A stretch of 64,000 bases of DNA from the NCBI RefSeq assembly GCF_006345805.1, contig NC_043014.1:3968001-4032000 (forward strand), given 5' to 3'. Under the pieces are notes generated by a model. The model saw only the letters and a list, made by a program, of their open reading frames with translations, was not told the DNA's origin and made no database searches. Positions 52,301 through 64,000 of the stretch are shown here, in pieces. Every line of letters starts with the position of its first letter. Within the stretch, counting starts at the first letter, position 1. The position numbers and the translations under genes were made by a program. Source of the DNA: Octopus sinensis. Lineage: Eukaryota.

Positions 52301-54464
52301 GATGAATGGGAAAGGAGTACAAAATATGCGTGTTCCAGGACCCCGAAGCCGGTCCAGTAGGGATCAACCATTTATAATTGAGAATTAGACTGTCAAACCC
52401 GGTCGAGACAAAGAGCTATATCGGTGTCTCCTCAAGAAAGCTTCGTTACTTCGGAGGCATACACTTGGAAGTAGGTTGGAAACTCCACCGTGCAGGTGTG
52501 CCACCAACTATGTCAGCACAGGCGGAAGTGAGATGCTCACAATCCCTAGCTTTCGGATTGGATTATGAAGTGAATCCCACTAGGTATTAAGGGATACCTC
52601 CTCAAGCTCAAGCAGAATGAAGGAGTGGTGTAGCTGCTGGTAGTAAATGCACCCAATAGCGAGGCCAAATACAAATGCTTCCTTAACAAATTCACTGCAG
52701 CTTTAGATATATTTGGGGTAAAGTCATTTGTCTTACAAGGAGACTTCCGTGCACACTTTGGCGCTGATAACCGCAAGAAGTATTGATTGGGTGGAATGGC
52801 GTCACACACCTTAATGGGGTGGCCATACTAGTCTTCTGGCAGGAAACGGACTCTCTATGATATAGTTATCGTTTTAAGACAGGATTGTTTATAAGGGTAC
52901 TTGGAAAAGAAATGCTTAGTGACAGAAATTCTTGATAGATGTTGTCGTCTCAGTCATCTTTGATTCTGTGCTGGACGTTCGGGTAAAAGGAGTGGAGAGA
53001 GTTGTCAACTGATCACTACCAAGATGTCTGAAACCGGAAGATGCCTACATTTGGGAGAACCTAGTAAATTGGTAAGTCCAGTGCGACCTGCAGAATAAAG
53101 TTGAAAGCAGTAGTGGATGATGGAATAAGAAACAAAATTGTGGATAATATTGCATCCAAATTGAGAGAGACCCACATGAATAAACTTTGGCATCGAAATC
53201 GATTAATGATTGTATTATTGTTTTCGAACTAAAGTCACTGAAAAGTGATAAAGCTGCTGGAGAGAAATACGTTCGTCTTGATAATTTTAAACCCTTAAAT
53301 ACTCAGGGTATTCTCTGAGTGACCCATGTATGCTAGGTGGAATGGGGCATCAGGGAAGACACGAGGGCAATGTCAATCCGGGGTAATAATCACAGATTTT
53401 TTCAAGACAAAGTCTACACTACATGTCTAGAAAAGATACGTAGGTAAATGGTCGCGTCTAAGACTACTGTCCTGGACGCAGTACACCCGACCAGATATTA
53501 GTTCAAAGCAGATCTTCGAGAAAACGTTGAAATATTTCCAAGGGGAATACGCTGTAGACCACGTGCCGTGGGGCATGTTGCGGATGGTTTACCAGGAAGG
53601 CGAGATTATTGAGCAAATTATTATTCCTGTAAAATACTTGTACGGATGCCCAAATGTTTGAATTTGTGCAAAAGCCGAATGTTTTCAACATGGAGTTTAG
53701 ACTTCACTAGAAGAGTCCATTGTTAGTGCTTCTCACATTACTTATGATCTGGTTGAGCATGGCTCAGCCATTGTGCGAGCAGTATCTGATTTCGTCTGTA
53801 AGGGGTCGTTTGACCGCTATTTGCAGACGACATGCTGCTATCTGACTCATGTAATGTTCACTTTCGACACGCATTCAATGGGTTGGCTGCCGAGTGCTCC
53901 AAGGCAGGGATGACTAACACACACTCTGCAGGAAAGTGTAACATCGTTACTTCGGGAATCTATTCACGAGTGATTGGAAGCACAAGACTGAAAGATTGCT
54001 AACTTCTAGATATAAACGCATTGATGCGCTAGGTCGGGCATTCGATTCTCAGACGAACAATGGTTGGTACACTTATCGACGAAGCGCTGCACTCACACAC
54101 ACACACACTCATATACACACAATTAATGTCATAGTATAAAAGAGTAAAATTTTATAAAGGAAATTATTGTAAAGTAAAATGTATTTTAAAAGAAATTTAG
54201 ACTAGTGTCTTAGTATATATTACTGAAGAAATATGGATAGTGATGTAGATTCAATTCAACTTTGGTGAAATTATAAATCGTTAAGGAGACACGGGTGAAT
54301 AACTTTAGCTAAACACTGTAGAACTGGAAGCTGGATACTTTATAATATTTAATCTCATTCCTGAACATTTCTTCAAAGTTATTGTCTTATACAATATAAA
54401 ATTAGTTCTTACTTGGGGTGTCATCAGGTTTATCGTCGAGAGATTTCTTGGAGATGACACGGTT
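49304..54464 (-). CDS. Array gene 5, lacking its own exon 1; exons 54413-54464, 51626-51700, 49304-49803
   Basis: Exon2 [17 protein letters not shown], exon3 [25 protein letters not shown] and terminal exon LAGGQFHENT...CSKY* are all open with splice sites (terminal acceptor ttcaag|). Only 6 nt of exon 1 plus its donor survive at 55939-55950. Confidence 0.78.
50441..50865. repeat. Local tandem duplication of about 210 bp in intron 3 of gene 5
   Basis: aattttgaagctcattgatggcgtagtg... starts near 50441 and again near 50653; single copy in unit 3 near 33470. Confidence 0.8.
52110..54080 (+). mobile_element. Ancient RTE-clade LINE, unit 5 (divergent lineage B) copy
   Basis: Homologous to 4520-6710 but more diverged; SYIGVSSRKLR...SAQAEVRC and LFADDMLL. 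Confidence 0.72.
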
Positions 54465-55244
54465 CTGTGGAAAAATAGAGAGTATTTATTATCGTTTAGA
54501 ACTGAAAAGAATGCAATACATGACAACATTTTCGGACAGCATTTTATGAAGATGTGGGTGACGTCGACATTGTCCATTCCACCAAATCTATTATATCGTG
54601 TTACGTCTTGGAGATTTGCTGCAACTGCATGCCTTTCTGTGAATCTGGTATTTCATTATTTCATGCTTGTATATGGCAAAGCATACACATTACATAAACA
54701 GCTAATATCCCTGTTCATTGTCAAGAGTAGACTAATTTTGCTATCTAAAATCGCTGGTAGTTTGAAGACGACTAGAAACGTAGACTTGCGCATTCTGCTG
54801 ACGCACAAGAAAGCCCGACGCCAACCTTTCATGTACGGCGTCCTAATCCGCTGTAGGACTATTCCACTGCGTCCTTAGGAGAATCTGTCAAGGCAATAGG
54901 ATGCAATATTTAAAAGTAGTTTGAATTTATGCCAAAGCTCTATTGCCTTGATATTGTTTAGTATAGTTATCCATCATGATCACTGAAGAGTCGGGTATTT
55001 CTAGCACTGGTGAATAATATTCCGGATTGAAGCTCGAAGGTCAACATATCTTTTGGCGTTCAATGGAATATCACAAAAGTTTGTAAGAAAAATGTTAGGG
55101 AACATATATAGTAGGTTATAAATTGACTGCATACGAAAGGGATGAGGATTAGATATTTTGTACACGGGTGCTATATAAACTGGTTATTCACTCCTTAAAT
55201 ATAGTGTGTATATGTAGATGTATATATGTAAGTGTATAAAAATT

Positions 55245-55331
<87 letters not shown>

Positions 55332-55364
55332 GTTTATACATATATATATATATATATGTATTTA

Positions 55365-55780
55365 TATTGGGTTGCATGGAAAGCTCGTGCCGATTTTTAA
55401 AGGAATATAAAGGGCCAATAAATACTTGCCATTGCATTTTTAAACAACCAAATATGAACCATTTTGTAAAACTATGCTTCTCCATCTTTCCATTAACTTG
55501 AAAATACCCTCTTTCCAGAATTGAGGTGGTTTCATGGCAAAGAATTCATCGAGGTATCTTTTGACGTCATTCAAGCAATTAAAATTTTTACCATTAAGAC
55601 TATTCTGCAGAGGCCTGAATAAGTGGAAATCCGAAGGTGCAATATCTGGCGAATATGGAGGGATGGAGTAACACATGCCAGCCGAGCTGCAGCAATTTTT
55701 GTCTGGTTCCCAAAGCATCAAGTGCCGAAAATGAACTTTCTTATCTTGCATTTTAAAGTGTTACAAAATTAACACCTGTT
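55365..55780 (-). mobile_element. Internally deleted mariner element, unit 5 only
   Basis: N-terminal MQDKKVHFRHLMLWE fused to C-terminal PYSPDIAPSDFHLF...[17 protein letters not shown]; TIR-like TATTGGGTTG next to a TA tract. Confidence 0.85.
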
Positions 55781-55950
55781 ATAGGAACATAAACCTTCTT
55801 ACACGAAAAGATAGCTTAAACTGCGCCCTAACTGCACACACATACATAATACATACACACATATTCACACACAAGCACACATACATACCTAAATAAATAC
55901 ATGCATACAGACATACATATGTTAACACAAAATCCATGACTTACCGTTTT

Positions 55951-57575
55951 TGATGGGAGCACAATATTGACGGTCTCAGGACAACAAAGCAGATCAAGAA
56001 GGGAACCTTTAATAATTGAGAATTAAAACGTCAAAATTGTTAGATATAATCTGCCTGTAAGATATAATCGGTGTCTCCTCTACAAATTTCCTTTCTCCGA
56101 TAGCGTACACCTGGATATAGGCTTGAAACTCCACTACGCAACTGTGGTGTCAGCAATGTCTGCACAGGTGGGATTAGGATACTCTCAATCTCCAGCTTTC
56201 GGATTGTATTATTGAGTGAAACCTACTAGGTGTGAGTGTTCACCTCTTGAAGCTAAGGCTGAATATGAAGGACCACTGTGGCTGCTGTAAGTATATGCAG
56301 CAAACAACGGGGTCAAATACAAATCCTTCTTAAGCAAATTCACCTCAGCTTTACATATATTTGGGGCAAAGTCATTTGTCCTGCAAGGAAACTTCAGTGC
56401 ACACCTTGGCACTGATAACCGTGAGAAGGATTGATTGGAAGGAATGTCGTCAGTGAACTTAATGGAGAGGTCATAGCAGCCTTCAGTGCAGGATACACAC
56501 TCTCCTCTCTATGGTATAGATATTATTTTAAGACAGGGATATTTATAAGGGTGCCTGGTAGAGAAATACTTGGTGACAGAGGTTTGTGATAGATTTCGGT
56601 CCTCTTTCACTCTTTGCTGAACTTTCGGGTAAAAGGAAGGGGCGGAGTTGTCAACTCGTCACTACCTAAATGTCTGAAAACCTGAACATTCCTACAATCT
56701 GTCGAACACTGGAAATTGGTAAGTCCAGTGCGACCTACAGAATACAGTTGGAACCGCAGAGGATGCTGGGATCAGAAGCGAAAATGTGGAGACTTTTGCA
56801 TCCAAATTGAGAGTGACCATCCGGAATGAATTTGGACATCGAAATGGATTCGTGATTGTATTATTTTATTCGGCAGGTTCTTCTTCGGTTGAACGCTTAT
56901 TTGAGCTAAACTCACTTAAAAGTGATAAAGCTGCTGGTGAAAAGCACGTTCGGCTTGATATTTTAGAAACTTTAAATACAGATGGTATTCTCTGAGTGAT
57001 CCATGTATGCTAGGTGGATGGACCTCTGGAAAAAACACCAAGGCAATGGTAATACGGGGTGACAATCACAATTTTTTCAAAAAAAGATCAGAGTGTGTTC
57101 TAATTATAGAAAAGTCTACACGTGATGACAGGAAAAGATATGTAGGGAAAACGTCGCGCCCAATATTACCGTCCGACACGCGGTACACCTGACCAGATAG
57201 TCATTCAAAGACAGATCTTCCAGTTCCAAGGTTTAGACGCTGTAAACCACGAAAAGGCACACGATCACATGCCCTGGGGAATGTTGTGGATGGTTTACCA
57301 GGAAGGTGAGTTTAATGGGCAAATACTGGTTGCCATAAAGTACTTATATGGATGTTTAAATTATTGTATTTATGTACAAGTCGAAAGTTTTCAACGTGAA
57401 GGTTTCACTTAGTTGAAGTGTGCATTGTTAGTGCCCCTTCTCACATTCTTTTTTGTGATCTGGTTGAATATGCGCAGCCATTGTGGTAGAGGTATCCTAA
57501 TTCATCTCGACGTGATCGGTCGACTGTTATTAGTAGACGACATGCTGCTTGGTACAATTATCGACGTAGCACTGC
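55951..57575 (+). mobile_element. Ancient RTE-clade LINE, unit 6 copy (5' and 3' deleted)
   Basis: Collinear with about 4722-6340, then jumps to the equivalent of 6690. Confidence 0.72.
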
Positions 57576-57806
57576 ATATATACTCATATACACACAATAA
57601 ATGGCATAGTATATTAGAGTAACATTTTATTTAGGAAATTATTGTAAAGTAGAATATATTTCGAAATAAATTCAGGCAAGTGTCTTAGTATATACTATTG
57701 TGGACATGTGGATAGTAATGTGGAACTAATTCAAAGTTGGTGAAATTATAAACCATGACTTAAGGAGACACGGGTTAATGACTTTAGCTATAAAATTAGT
57801 TCTTAC

Positions 57807-57858
57807 TTGGTGTGTCATCAGGTTTATCGTCGAGAGATTTCTTGGAGATGAAACGATT
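57807..57858 (-). CDS. Extra intact exon 2 ([17 protein letters not shown]) of a sixth, truncated unit
   Basis: 52 bp with tttttttacag acceptor and gtaaga donor. Its exon 1 is not in the window. Confidence 0.65.
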
Positions 57859-57969
57859 CTGTAAAAAAATAGAAATAGCATCACATAAATAGAACGTCAA
57901 GGTATTTATTATCGTTTAGAACTTAAAACAATGCAATAGATGACAACATATTCGGACAGGTATCATTGC

Positions 57970-58260
57970 CAACACTACAATCTCAACACCTTAGGAATCT
58001 TCTAGAAGGCGCTTCAATCTAGTTAAAGGATTTTCTGAACAATATCAGACAATACAACTCTGCATTTCAATTGACATCGTTTGGTGAATCTAAGAAGATA
58101 GATAAACATGAATTTACGCCGACGTCAAAGTTCAAGGGCAAGTCTATCCCCTCATTGATTTCCTGGTACCCGCGAATGAACAACCACAGTTCATCCAAAT
58201 TTACTCTATGAGTGATGTAGGACAACAAACCAGACGTGTGGTGCTAAAATTTTCGATGAT
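57970..58260 (+). mobile_element. Helitron Rep-region fragment (unit 6)
   Basis: [20 protein letters not shown]. Confidence 0.72.
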
Positions 58261-58488
58261 GGGTCGTGTTAGACACAGCGCACACTGCTGCAAAGGAGAG
58301 TATATCCACTGACAGCTTTTCGGTGCGTTCAAACATCACACAAACCCCACCTCCAATTTTGCATGACAGGTTAGGGCCTGAAACACTCCAAACGGACGCA
58401 TAGCATGTTGCTTAGTCGAATTAGCCCAGCATTTACTCTACAAATGTTTTGTTGTCAATGTTGCACTTTCCCATATCACCTGTTTCAA

Positions 58489-59110
58489 AGATGGAACATC
58501 TTAGAGAATGACATCTGCAAATGTAGAAAGGTCGGTACGCTAACACGTATTCTTTCCAACTGTTCATTAGCATTGAACAGGTACACATGGAGGCACAACT
58601 TGGTCCTTAAGGTTATCTTCAATGCTATAATGAACCAAATTCATCTCAACAACACTGAGGAAAAACCGTTAAAAGTACCATCAAGAGATTTCATTACCAT
58701 CGTGCGACCAGGTCAGCGGATTTGTTTCAAGAAGAAGATCAAGAAACATCCTGAGAGAAATGAAAAGTGGAACGGCTATTGGGAGGTAACTGCAGATTTA
58801 CCTGGGTGCCAGGTTTTCTTTCCCATCCCAGTTTCGAAAAATACAGATATTTTGATGTGGTGTGAAAGAAAGTTGTAAATATAGTCGAGCTAACAGTTCC
58901 TCATGAAGATAATATGGACGCCGCTCGGTCTCGAAAATTGAACCGTTATGAAAACCTTGAGGAATGTGAAGACGCAGGCTGGAAAGTGGAACATTTTCCT
59001 ATCGAAGTCGGATGGAGACGCATGTTTCTTAATAATGTCGCTTATTATGCAGTGTACAATGTTAAAATTTTATGTCTGTTACAGTTAAATTCGATTATTA
59101 TAATTTGAAA
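58489..59110 (+). mobile_element. 3' fragment of an RLE-type (R2/NeSL/HERO-like) non-LTR retrotransposon
   Basis: CKC..GTL..ILSNC knuckle, RHN, then IVELTVPHEDNMDAARSRKLNRYENL...FPIEVG. Interrupts unit 6 at 58488. Confidence 0.8.
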
Positions 59111-59204
59111 AAAGGGACTATTTATTGCTTGTTTTGAAGCAAAATTTGTTTTAATTCCCCCTTGCGGGGAAACGTTTTACTTTCTTTATTAGTGTTTTTA
59201 CATA

Positions 59205-60479
59205 GTGGAAGGTACTGTCGCTCGTAGGGAGAGTGTATCTCCAGTGCCAAGTGCCAGTAAGGATTCTGTAGTGAGCAGAAGGATATTAGAAGAGCCAATA
59301 AGGAGCTTTGCGGCTGCCGCCGGAGGAAACTCAAGGAAAATTGATACAACCAATTTGAAGGCAAACCGAGAGCTGTTAACAAAAGAAGGGACCGAAATAA
59401 AGGTGGTCCCTCCTCATAGCATCATTAAAGATGTACTCGAAAGGACTGTAATTTTCAAAACATACAATGTTGAACAGAAAAAAATTAACTATGTCAATGA
59501 CAGAAGTGTAGAAAAATATTTAAGGCCAATTTGGAATAACATCACATATTTGGCCAGAGGAAAAAGATATGCAGCTGTTGAAGTGAGGATGTCAACAGTG
59601 GAACAGGCGCAAAAGTATTCTGTGGAGCCTCTTCGAACGGATGAGGTAGTACTGTTGCCATTTTATATGGGGAGGAGAACCTCCCGAATAAAGATAAGCT
59701 GTGTACCACCGGAGGCGGACGCCGAATGGCTAGTAGCGGCAGTACTGTATGACCTAGAGGAAGAAATCACACTGCTTTCTGCGGAAGTAACAGAAGACAA
59801 AGTCAGGCTTGGCCAAACAATAAAAATGCTGATCCAAGCAGAGCCTATGACCCTAGAAAAAATTCCAGAGGTCATAGATATAATGGGTACGAAGTTAGTA
59901 GTCATGGTGGAATGTAGAAAACCCAGATGTTTTAAATGTGGAAAGAAGGGCCATGTTAGGTCCGAATGCAAGAGTGGTGAAGAAAAAGAAAAAGAGGAGA
60001 ACAACATTGAAGAAGACTCGGAAGATGAAACTACAGAGAATGGAAAACCAGAAGAAGAAAGCACAGAAGAAGAAAATGAGAGCGGAAATAAAGAAGAGAC
60101 GGAATGGAAGAGAGCTGGTAGCAAAAGGAAATTAAACAGAAATGTTAAATCATTGGCAAAAATGCAAACTCAAAGAAGGCATGAAAAAGCCAAAAAATCA
60201 AAAACAAAAGAAATACGAGAAAAAGAAGTTCTATATATGGCGGTTCGAACCTCAAACTCGAGATTAATGAGCCAAATACAAATTAAAAAACTAAAAAGAA
60301 CTGGATGCAAAAACGTTAAAGACGGTTTCGAAGTCTACCACGTAGACAGAACGTCTTACAACGTTCTAGCAAATGACCATCGGAGTGATGTTGGCTTAAT
60401 TAAAACGACTCCACGAGCCCGAGAAAAAGAAAAAGAGGCGGACCCACCTCCGCCTTTTAGCGAAGACATAAGAAATTGA
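59205..60479 (+). CDS. Tx1/L1 ORF1p (gag-like, CCHC zinc knuckle), open 424 aa
   Basis: CFKCGKKGHVRSEC followed by an acidic then basic tail; no stops. Confidence 0.8.
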   Translation: MEGTVARRESVSPVPSASKDSVVSRRILEEPIRSFAAAAGGNSRKIDTTNLKANRELLTKEGTEIKVVPPHSIIKDVLERTVIFKTYNVEQKKINYVNDRSVEKYLRPIWNNITYLARGKRYAAVEVRMSTVEQAQKYSVEPLRTDEVVLLPFYMGRRTSRIKISCVPPEADAEWLVAAVLYDLEEEITLLSAEVTEDKVRLGQTIKMLIQAEPMTLEKIPEVIDIMGTKLVVMVECRKPRCFKCGKKGHVRSECKSGEEKEKEENNIEEDSEDETTENGKPEEESTEEENESGNKEETEWKRAGSKRKLNRNVKSLAKMQTQRRHEKAKKSKTKEIREKEVLYMAVRTSNSRLMSQIQIKKLKRTGCKNVKDGFEVYHVDRTSYNVLANDHRSDVGLIKTTPRAREKEKEADPPPPFSEDIRN

Positions 60480-60489
60480 GGTAAGACTT

Positions 60490-63400
60490 ATGGCAGTTCA
60501 CGTTGGATGTTTAAATGTGCGTGGCCTGACGGCGGGATGGAAGCAAGGTCGCTTCTTAAACGACGTCATGTCACATAATTTGGATGTCATTGTTGCTACT
60601 GAAACCCGGTTAAAGGGATCAAGAGGACTGCTCCCACTCCTGGACGGATACGAGAAATTTATTTCTCCAGTCCACCGGCGGGTGGGTGTGGGGGTGTTGG
60701 TCCTACTAAAAAGAAACCGGGTTTCAGAGAAGAAGTTAATTTTTTGTGACCCAGAGGGTAGGCTGGTCGTCTTCGACCTGACTTTAAGTTGCGGTAAGAA
60801 AATCAGGCTGGTGGCAATTTACACCCCCTACAATGGTCAGTCTGAGTATTTCCGAGACCTAGAGAAGTTTCTTGGTACGGCGTACCCATTAGTTTTGTTA
60901 GGGGACTTTAATGTTATTCAAGATGCGCGCGTGGATAATGTTGGCTCGAACCCAAATAGAATACCTAATGCAGGTTTCCGGGAACTACTAAGTCGCTTTC
61001 AGCTAGTAGATCCATACAGACTTGAATTCCCGAACACCCCAATGTGGACATGGTTAAGTGGTGACGGGTCTTTTAAGTCCTATTAAAATAGATTCTAATT
61101 AGAGAAACAGATAGATCCATAGCTAAGTGTCCACAGTTCCACTTGGTCAGCTACAGTGATCAGAAATTTGTCACTTGTAAGCTGAACCTAGATAAGTTAC
61201 AGAGTAGAGGATCCGGTTACTAGAAACTCAATAAGTCCCATTTGGCGAACGAAGAGTACAGAAGCCGGATTAAGTTAATGATACAGAGGGCTTTAACTGG
61301 TACCATCATTAATAATAAATGGTGGTACGCCCTCAAAAGAGCCATTAAATTTGAGTCTGTTAGATATAGCATAGGTTTAGTGGCTAGAGAGCGTAAGAGG
61401 GAACTAGAACTGGTTAAGGAATTAGAGGAAGCAGTGTTGACTGGTAGTGCTGCTGAGGCGAAGGCTAAGAGACTGGAATTAAACCAGCACCTCGAGGCCA
61501 AACACAGGGGATGCATTATCAGGGGTAGACTTCGTGCAATGGGGAGTGAGGGGCTCAATGCCGCTGGATGGGCTCGGGTGATGGAAACCCAACGTGGAAA
61601 TGATTCTACAATTCGATCTGTGGAGAATCTACAAGACGAGATTGTGAACGAACCCGATGAGATGTGTCAGGCTTTTCAGGAGCACTTTGTACAGCTTTTC
61701 GGGAGGGGCAATGGACCGGATGGTAGGTTGGACCTTTCGGACTTCCTTGCCGGGCTGCCGCGTCTCTCGGGGCAGGATGCTGAGTGCTGTGAGGGTCCGA
61801 TAACACCTCAGGAGGGTAGAGAGGCTATAACGAACTGTAAAGCTGGTAGGGCGCCGTGACTTGATGGTTTGCCTTATGAATTGTACAAAAGTATGCCAGA
61901 CTTGTTTGGGAAAATTCTGGCCGGGGTTTACGCAAACTGGACAGAATGGGTCGATTCCCAGATCTGTACGCAGGGGAGTGGTGACTCTGGTAAGGAAGGA
62001 CCTAAACAAGGGAGATAAGATAGACAACTTTAGGCCCATCACTCTGTTAAACGCAGAGGTGAAGATTTTGGCCAAGGTACTAGCAAAAAGATTGGGGCGG
62101 GTCGCGAATACTCTGATCGGCAAGGCACAAACCTGTGCCGTCCCCGGCAGAAGCATTCAGGACAATCTCCATCTTATACGCTATACCTTAGAAGGGTTTG
62201 GTAGTGATTTTGGCAAAAGCATTCGATAGGGTTGACCATCGATACCTGGTGTCCGTGCTAGCACAGTTCGGGCTGGGTCTTGGCTTACTTAGGTGGATAA
62301 TCCAATTATACGACAACATCGATTCGATCGTTCGGGTGAACGGATTTCTTTCTAGGCCGTTCTCTGTTAAGCGCTCGGTTCGCCAAGGATGTCCGCTTTC
62401 GCCACTTTTGTATGTGATGGCTCTAGAGCCGTTACTGCGAAAGTTGAGCGGCATCCCGAGGGGCCGGCTGTTGGAGAGTCGGTTTCAGCATATGCGGATG
62501 ACATCACCATTATTGTAACCAAGATGGAACACCTACAGAGGATAAGTGAAACCATTAAGGTTTACGAGACGGTGGCAGGAGCAAAGATTAACCGGGAAAA
62601 GTCAGTCGGCTTGCAACTCGGCACCTGGAGGAGAAAGTCGATGCCTTTGGATAGCGTCGTGGGACGTTGGACGGAGGGCCCGGTTAAGCTGTTAGGGGTA
62701 TGGTTTGGACCAGACCTCCAGGTAGAAAAGAACTGGGCAGAGGTATTGAGCAAGGTGACCTGCATAGTCAAGACCTGGTCTTGGCGGTGGCTATCCTTGA
62801 AAGGGAGGGCGGAGGTATCGCATCGGTCATCATTTACCGCCTAACCGTCGTGCCCTGTCCCGGTTCGTGGTTGAGCAAGCTGGAGAAGCAGATCTTCCGC
62901 TTTTTGTGGAAGGGCACCACTCCTCTAGTGAGGCGTTCTCTCTGCTGCCAAAAGCCGTTGAATGGAGGACTGGGGATGCCTTGGCTGTTGATGCGCAAAC
63001 ATGCGCTGAGGTTGAGGCATCTCTGGCTACTCCTGAATGGTTAACAGGTGTGGTCTCCGCACGCGAAACGGATGTTTCCCAGGTTCACAAGTTTTAGTGG
63101 ACAAGAAAGCTGGTTCCTTCGTAGAACGAGGTTGGGTACATGGTTTACGGAGTGCCGTAAAGCACTCCTACAGTTCCATCGCTCGGGTAATGCTAGCGGT
63201 TTTGGCACAACCACATTTTTCTATAGCAGGTTGGTAGAGGCTGGGAACGACGATATCCTAGAGGAAACCCTAGGTCTCGGAGATAACCAGTTAGACAGTC
63301 TGTTCCGAAGGACGTTTGGGCCGGGGTATTTGGATAATTTCCAAAAATCCCTGGCCTGGCAATGTTACCGAGGAGCCTTACCCGTTCGGGATAAGCTCGC

Positions 63401-63810
63401 AGGACACGGTCGAACCACCACTGCCGACTGTCCAAGATGCAGACGGGATAGGGAAACTGGCCTGCACGCTATTGTTCAGTGTTCGGGAGTGTCTGAAGTG
63501 TGGGTTTATGCAGAACATCTGCTGTCAGGTTCGGGAAGAGTAGAGCTGTCGTCTGAGTCAATTGTAAAAATTGACCCGCCGGATTTCCTCACGAAAGAAG
63601 GTAAGCAATAGCGAAAGAGGTGGTATGGAAGTCGCGAATGAAAGGTTTGGCGACAGGCAACCTCATCTCCGGTCTCGGGTTGGGGAGATATTTTATCTTC
63701 CTCCTTAAAAGGAAGGTGAGGCTGGAAAGAAGATGCCTGTCAAAGAAAATGTTCAAAGAAAGATGGTTGCATGTTGCGAGGGTGCTGGGAATGAAAGATT
63801 CCTCATGAAC
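60490..63810 (+). pseudogene. Tx1/L1 ORF2 (APE endonuclease + RT), disrupted
   Basis: LNVRGL, ATET, GDFN, FRPITLLN, KAFDRVDH, RQGCPLSPLLY, AYADD and CPRC..ETGLHAIVQC, split across frames by stops and frameshifts. Confidence 0.88.
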
Positions 63811-64000
63811 ATGTCATAAGTCTGCATACAAATGTTTCAGTAGGAGAATGGGGCTCGTGGGGTCGGAGCGTAAGCCATCTCTCTGCTTCATCTCACGTGT
63901 GTATTTCGTCCTTGTTGTATCTCATTCGATTTCATTCGATTTCATTATATTTTGTAAAATTTTAAGAGTCATATAATCATTGTGTGTCTGACCCCAATCA

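Larger units (their letters stand above)
59140..64000 (+). mobile_element. Near full-length Tx1/L1-clade LINE
   Basis: Two-ORF layout: gag-like ORF1, APE-RT ORF2, C-terminal CxxC..HxxxxC motif, and 3' UTR running to the window end. Confidence 0.92.

Noticed and set aside
55945-55974. In-frame 30-nt cryptic micro-exon (TVNIVLPSKT) created by the deletion
   Set aside because: The donor is strong but the acceptor is GAG, which is rarely used; no support without reads.

Overview
AT-rich eukaryotic DNA dense in microsatellites, most probably from an octopod cephalopod (tRNA-derived SINEs match octopus families as I recall them; inference). About 58 kb is a tandem array of six duplicated units (3 to 16 kb, several truncated) of one minus-strand gene whose spliced structure the ORF track does not show. 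I reconstructed four coding exons with canonical GT-AG sites and matching phases: a 144-bp signal-anchor exon, a 52-bp stalk exon, a 75-bp YTRWGRTTC exon and a ~500-bp terminal exon. The product is a ~255-aa predicted type II membrane protein with a short-chain collagen C4-like (spongin / collagen IV NC1-related) ectodomain and no Gly-X-Y repeat. Three genes are complete. The rest are an intact orphan terminal exon, a gene that lost exon 1, and a spare exon 2. Exons 1-3 are nearly invariant, while the terminal exon varies in discrete patches on a fixed Cys scaffold, as expected of a diversified recognition-receptor family. Units are mosaics of two lineages, with inversion and deletion junctions and copy-specific insertions (RTE, CR1, Helitron, LTR-like, mariner). 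The window ends with an RLE-type LINE fragment and a near full-length Tx1/L1 element. All alignments and counts were done by eye.
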